From Torpedo marmorata (taxonomy: Eukaryota), in assembly GCA_977017645.1 (NCBI GenBank), contig OZ360247.1:49538001-49602000 (forward strand): a DNA stretch of 64,000 bases, read 5' to 3'. Positions 61,151-64,000 of the stretch are shown here, one piece after another. Below the pieces are notes generated by a model. That model was not told the origin of the DNA, searched no databases, and was given only the letters and a program-made list of their open reading frames with translations. The position numbers were made by a program, and so were the translations under genes. Numbering within the stretch: position 1 is the first letter of the stretch; the number at the start of each line of letters is the position of its first letter.

Positions 61151-61523
61151 CAGTGGTTTTCAAACTGCCCCCCTAAACTCACATTTCACCTTAAGCAATC
61201 CCTATGCCATAAGTGCTCTGTGATTAGTAAGGGATTGCTTAACGTGGTATGTGAGTGGGAAGAAAACGTTTGAAAACCAGTTTTAATCATACCTAATTGA
61301 CTCGTTATGTGCACGGTTTCATAACTCCAAAGGAAATGGGCCAATGACAATTTTTCTCAAGCAAAATATTTCAGTAACAATTGGGTCTAGAGCAGTGGTT
61401 CTCAACCTTCCCTTCCCACTCACATACCACCTTAAGCAATCCCTTACTAATCACAGAGCACTTATGGCATAGGGATTGCTTAAGGTGGAATGTGAGTTTA
61501 GAGGGGTAGTTTGAAAACCACTG
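61151..61523. mobile_element. Compound hAT MITE, copy B (opposite orientation to copy A)
   Basis: Perfect 8-bp TSD CTTTAGGC (61143-61150, 61524-61531); spacer is the reverse complement of the copy A spacer. Confidence 0.9.
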
Positions 61524-62004
61524 CTTTAGGCCAAACATGGGGCCATGGTCATAATTATGAATCTGAAATCTAAAATTTATCCTGCAGGGTTGGGCACATC
61601 TAAATTAGCCACCATCACTACTCAGCATATGTAAAGACTAAATGCACCTGACCTCTACTTTTACACTTACGCCAATTTCGCTGCATTGCTCCAAAACTCA
61701 GGTGCAGTATTGAAATGTTAATGATAATTTATTGTCATATACATTGTACAATGTACATATGCACCGAAATTCTTACTTGCTACAGCTGAACAGGTACTTC
61801 AATAAAACCTGCGGTAGTATGCATTAAATTAAAAAAAAAAATCATGAATCATCAAAGATAGATAATAAATGTTCAGTTCTCATAGTGCAAGATAAAAGTG
61901 GCGTTACAATAGTGCAAACAGTCCTTTTGCGGTGTCTGAGCAGTCCATGATTAGTATAACAAGGGGAAGTTCAAAAGCCTGACAGCCGTTGGAAGGAAAC
62001 TTGG

Positions 62005-63385
62005 ACGTTTGTCTCCTTACTTGAGGAAGGATGTACTGGCTTTGGAGGCGGTGCAAAGGAGGTTCATCAGGTTGATTCCAGAGACGAAGGTGTTAGCCAA
62101 TGAGAAGAGATTGAGTCGTCTGGACTGTACTTGCTGGAATTTAGAGGAATGATAGGGGATCTTAGAGAAACATATAAAATTATGAAAGGCATAGATAAGA
62201 TAGAGGTAGGTAAGTTGTTTCCATTGGTGGGGAGACCAGAACTAGGAGACAGCCTCAAGATCCAGGGCAGTAGATTTAGGACAGAGATCTGAAGTAATGG
62301 TGGCGCTGCCGGAGCCGCTGTAGCGGCAGCGCTGCCGCTGGTGCGGACCCGCGGGGAGCGAGGGAGCGGAGATACAGCGCTCCCGCGGGATCCAGCCGCC
62401 CAGTCGACTGCTGTCGGTTCCACACGGGCTTTGAACGGCCCGTTAAAGGAGCCGACAGTGGTTTTATTTGAGATCCCGCGACTGCGGGGTCTGCGCCCAA
62501 GATGGCAGCGCCTTTTAACCGGCAGCAGCCACGAGGGGCTGCAGACTCCGGGGAAGCAGGGGACTGGAGCAGGGCACCAGTGGACGGGAAGATCACCCCC
62601 GTCTGAGAAGGAGAAGCGGAGGAGACGACCCACGGGACGGTGAGCACAGCGGCAGACCGGTGAGGGGCTCTGAGGCTGAAGGACCAGTGCATGCGGCGGG
62701 CTGCTGGCGACTCGAGGCGACGAACCCGCGGAGGCTGTGGGCTGCTGGAGACTGCTGTCGGGGGGGACTCATGCCGGGCTGCGGACTGCTGGAGGTTGGC
62801 TCGAACTGGCTGGAGGAGTACCAGGTATCGGAACCGGGATGTGAGGGGGTGCCGAGGGCGACCTGACCGTGTTGGAGGTTCGGATCTGGAGCTCGGGATG
62901 CCGATCGTTTGGACTGGACTCTGTGTGGCTGCGGAAGTGCTGGAGGCGAATCTATGGACACTCGGTGACTCTGGGGGGACTCTGTTTTGCTTCTCTTTCT
63001 CTGACTGTAAGGAATGTTAGAGGCGCTTAGGCAATTTCTGCCCGTGGCGAATCTGTCTGCCTTGCAGCAGGCAAAAATAAATTTTGTGGTATATGACACT
63101 GTCTTATTGCTATGACAATAAATTGAATCTTGAATCTTGAACTGCTTTTCCTAGAGGGTGGTGAATCTGTGGAATTCGCTGCCCATTGAAGCAGTGGAGT
63201 TGACCTCAGTAAGTATATTTAAGACAAGGTTGGATAAATTTTTACAAAGTACGGGAATTAAGGGATATGGGAAAAAGGCAGGTAGGTGGAGATGAGCCTA
63301 TCATCAGATCAGGCATGACCTCATTGAATAGCGGAGAAGGCTCAACGGGCCAGATGGCCGACTCCTGCTCCTATTTCTTATGTTT
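62005..63385 (+). mobile_element. CR1 3' part split by GC-rich retroposon
   Basis: RKDVLALEAVQRRFIRLIP..FRTE | NCFS*RVVNLWNSLP. Confidence 0.85.
62296..63141 (+). mobile_element. GC-rich retroposon copy 6 (full length)
   Basis: Collinear with copy 1 end to end; (TTGAATC)n tail. Confidence 0.88.
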
Positions 63386-63701
63386 TTTTTTACTGTTTTT
63401 GAACCTCATGAGGCTTCTGAATCCTGCACTGCTTTTAAACTCACTGGGCCTAGACAACAGAAATTCCCAACCTCCAATTTTCCCCTGCTCGCCTCTGGCT
63501 CACCCCACCCTCTCACCTCTTTATACTGTCTGCCCTTTACACTCTCAGTCCCGATGCAGCGTCTCAACCCACATCAACCACCCCTTTACCTCCATAGATG
63601 CTGCTTGACCAGCTAATTTGCTCCAGAAGTTTGTTTTTCTTTCCCAACAAACTTGTATGGTCTACACCTTTTGTTGTCCATTGTCTCAAGATTATATAGA
63701 T

Positions 63702-63833
63702 CAGTGGTTCTCAACCTTTTTTCCCCCACTCACATACTTAAGTAATCCCTTACTAACTAACTAAACTGCTCTGTGGTTAGTAAGGGATTACTTAAGGTGG
63801 TATGCGAATGGAAAAAACGTTTGACAACCACTG
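63702..63833. mobile_element. Single palindromic unit of the hAT MITE
   Basis: CAGTGGTTCTCAACC..TTGACAACCACTG; flanking 8-mers do not match. Confidence 0.8.
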
Positions 63834-63837
63834 CTTT

Positions 63838-64000
63838 AAGGTTCATCATACTGATTCCTGGGATGGCAGGACTGATGCATGAAGAAAGACTAGATGGACT
63901 CGGTTTATACTCGTTGGAATTTAGAAGAATGAGGAGATTTTATTGAGATGTTTAAAATTCTGACAGGACTGGACAGATTAGATGCAGGAAGAATGTTCCT
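63838..64000 (+). mobile_element. CR1 fragment (cut by window edge)
   Basis: LIPGMAGLMHEERLDGLGLYSLEFRRMR. Confidence 0.8.

Noticed and set aside
63694-63841. TSD for the lone hAT unit
   Set aside because: Flanks ATATAGAT and CTTTAAGG do not match, so independent transposition of the single unit is not shown here.

Overview
Eukaryotic, repeat-dense genomic DNA. The repeat mix (CR1, Rex1/Babar, fish-type L1, RTE, HE1/V-type SINEs, Deu-domain SINEs, Penelope ends) points by inference to a cartilaginous fish, probably a ray or skate. I recognise no host protein-coding exon; every long ORF derives from a transposon or is a chance frame. Main structures: (1) a four-level nest, SINE > Rex1 > full-length L1 with a 15-bp TSD > two inverted copies of a ~850-bp GC-rich non-coding retroposon (six copies in the window); (2) a young AT-rich L1 with a twin-priming 5' inversion and perfect TSD; (3) many Penelope-like termini carrying minimal hammerhead-ribozyme motifs, three as short fold-back insertions with 13-15-bp TSDs; (4) a compound double-hairpin hAT MITE in two copies; (5) Chapaev3-like and Tigger-like DNA transposons, a solo LTR, a Gypsy LTR-PBS-gag stub, minisatellites and a local tandem duplication. 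One assembly gap lies at 58265-58397. Family names come from recalled motifs, not database searches, and boundaries of old fragments are approximate.
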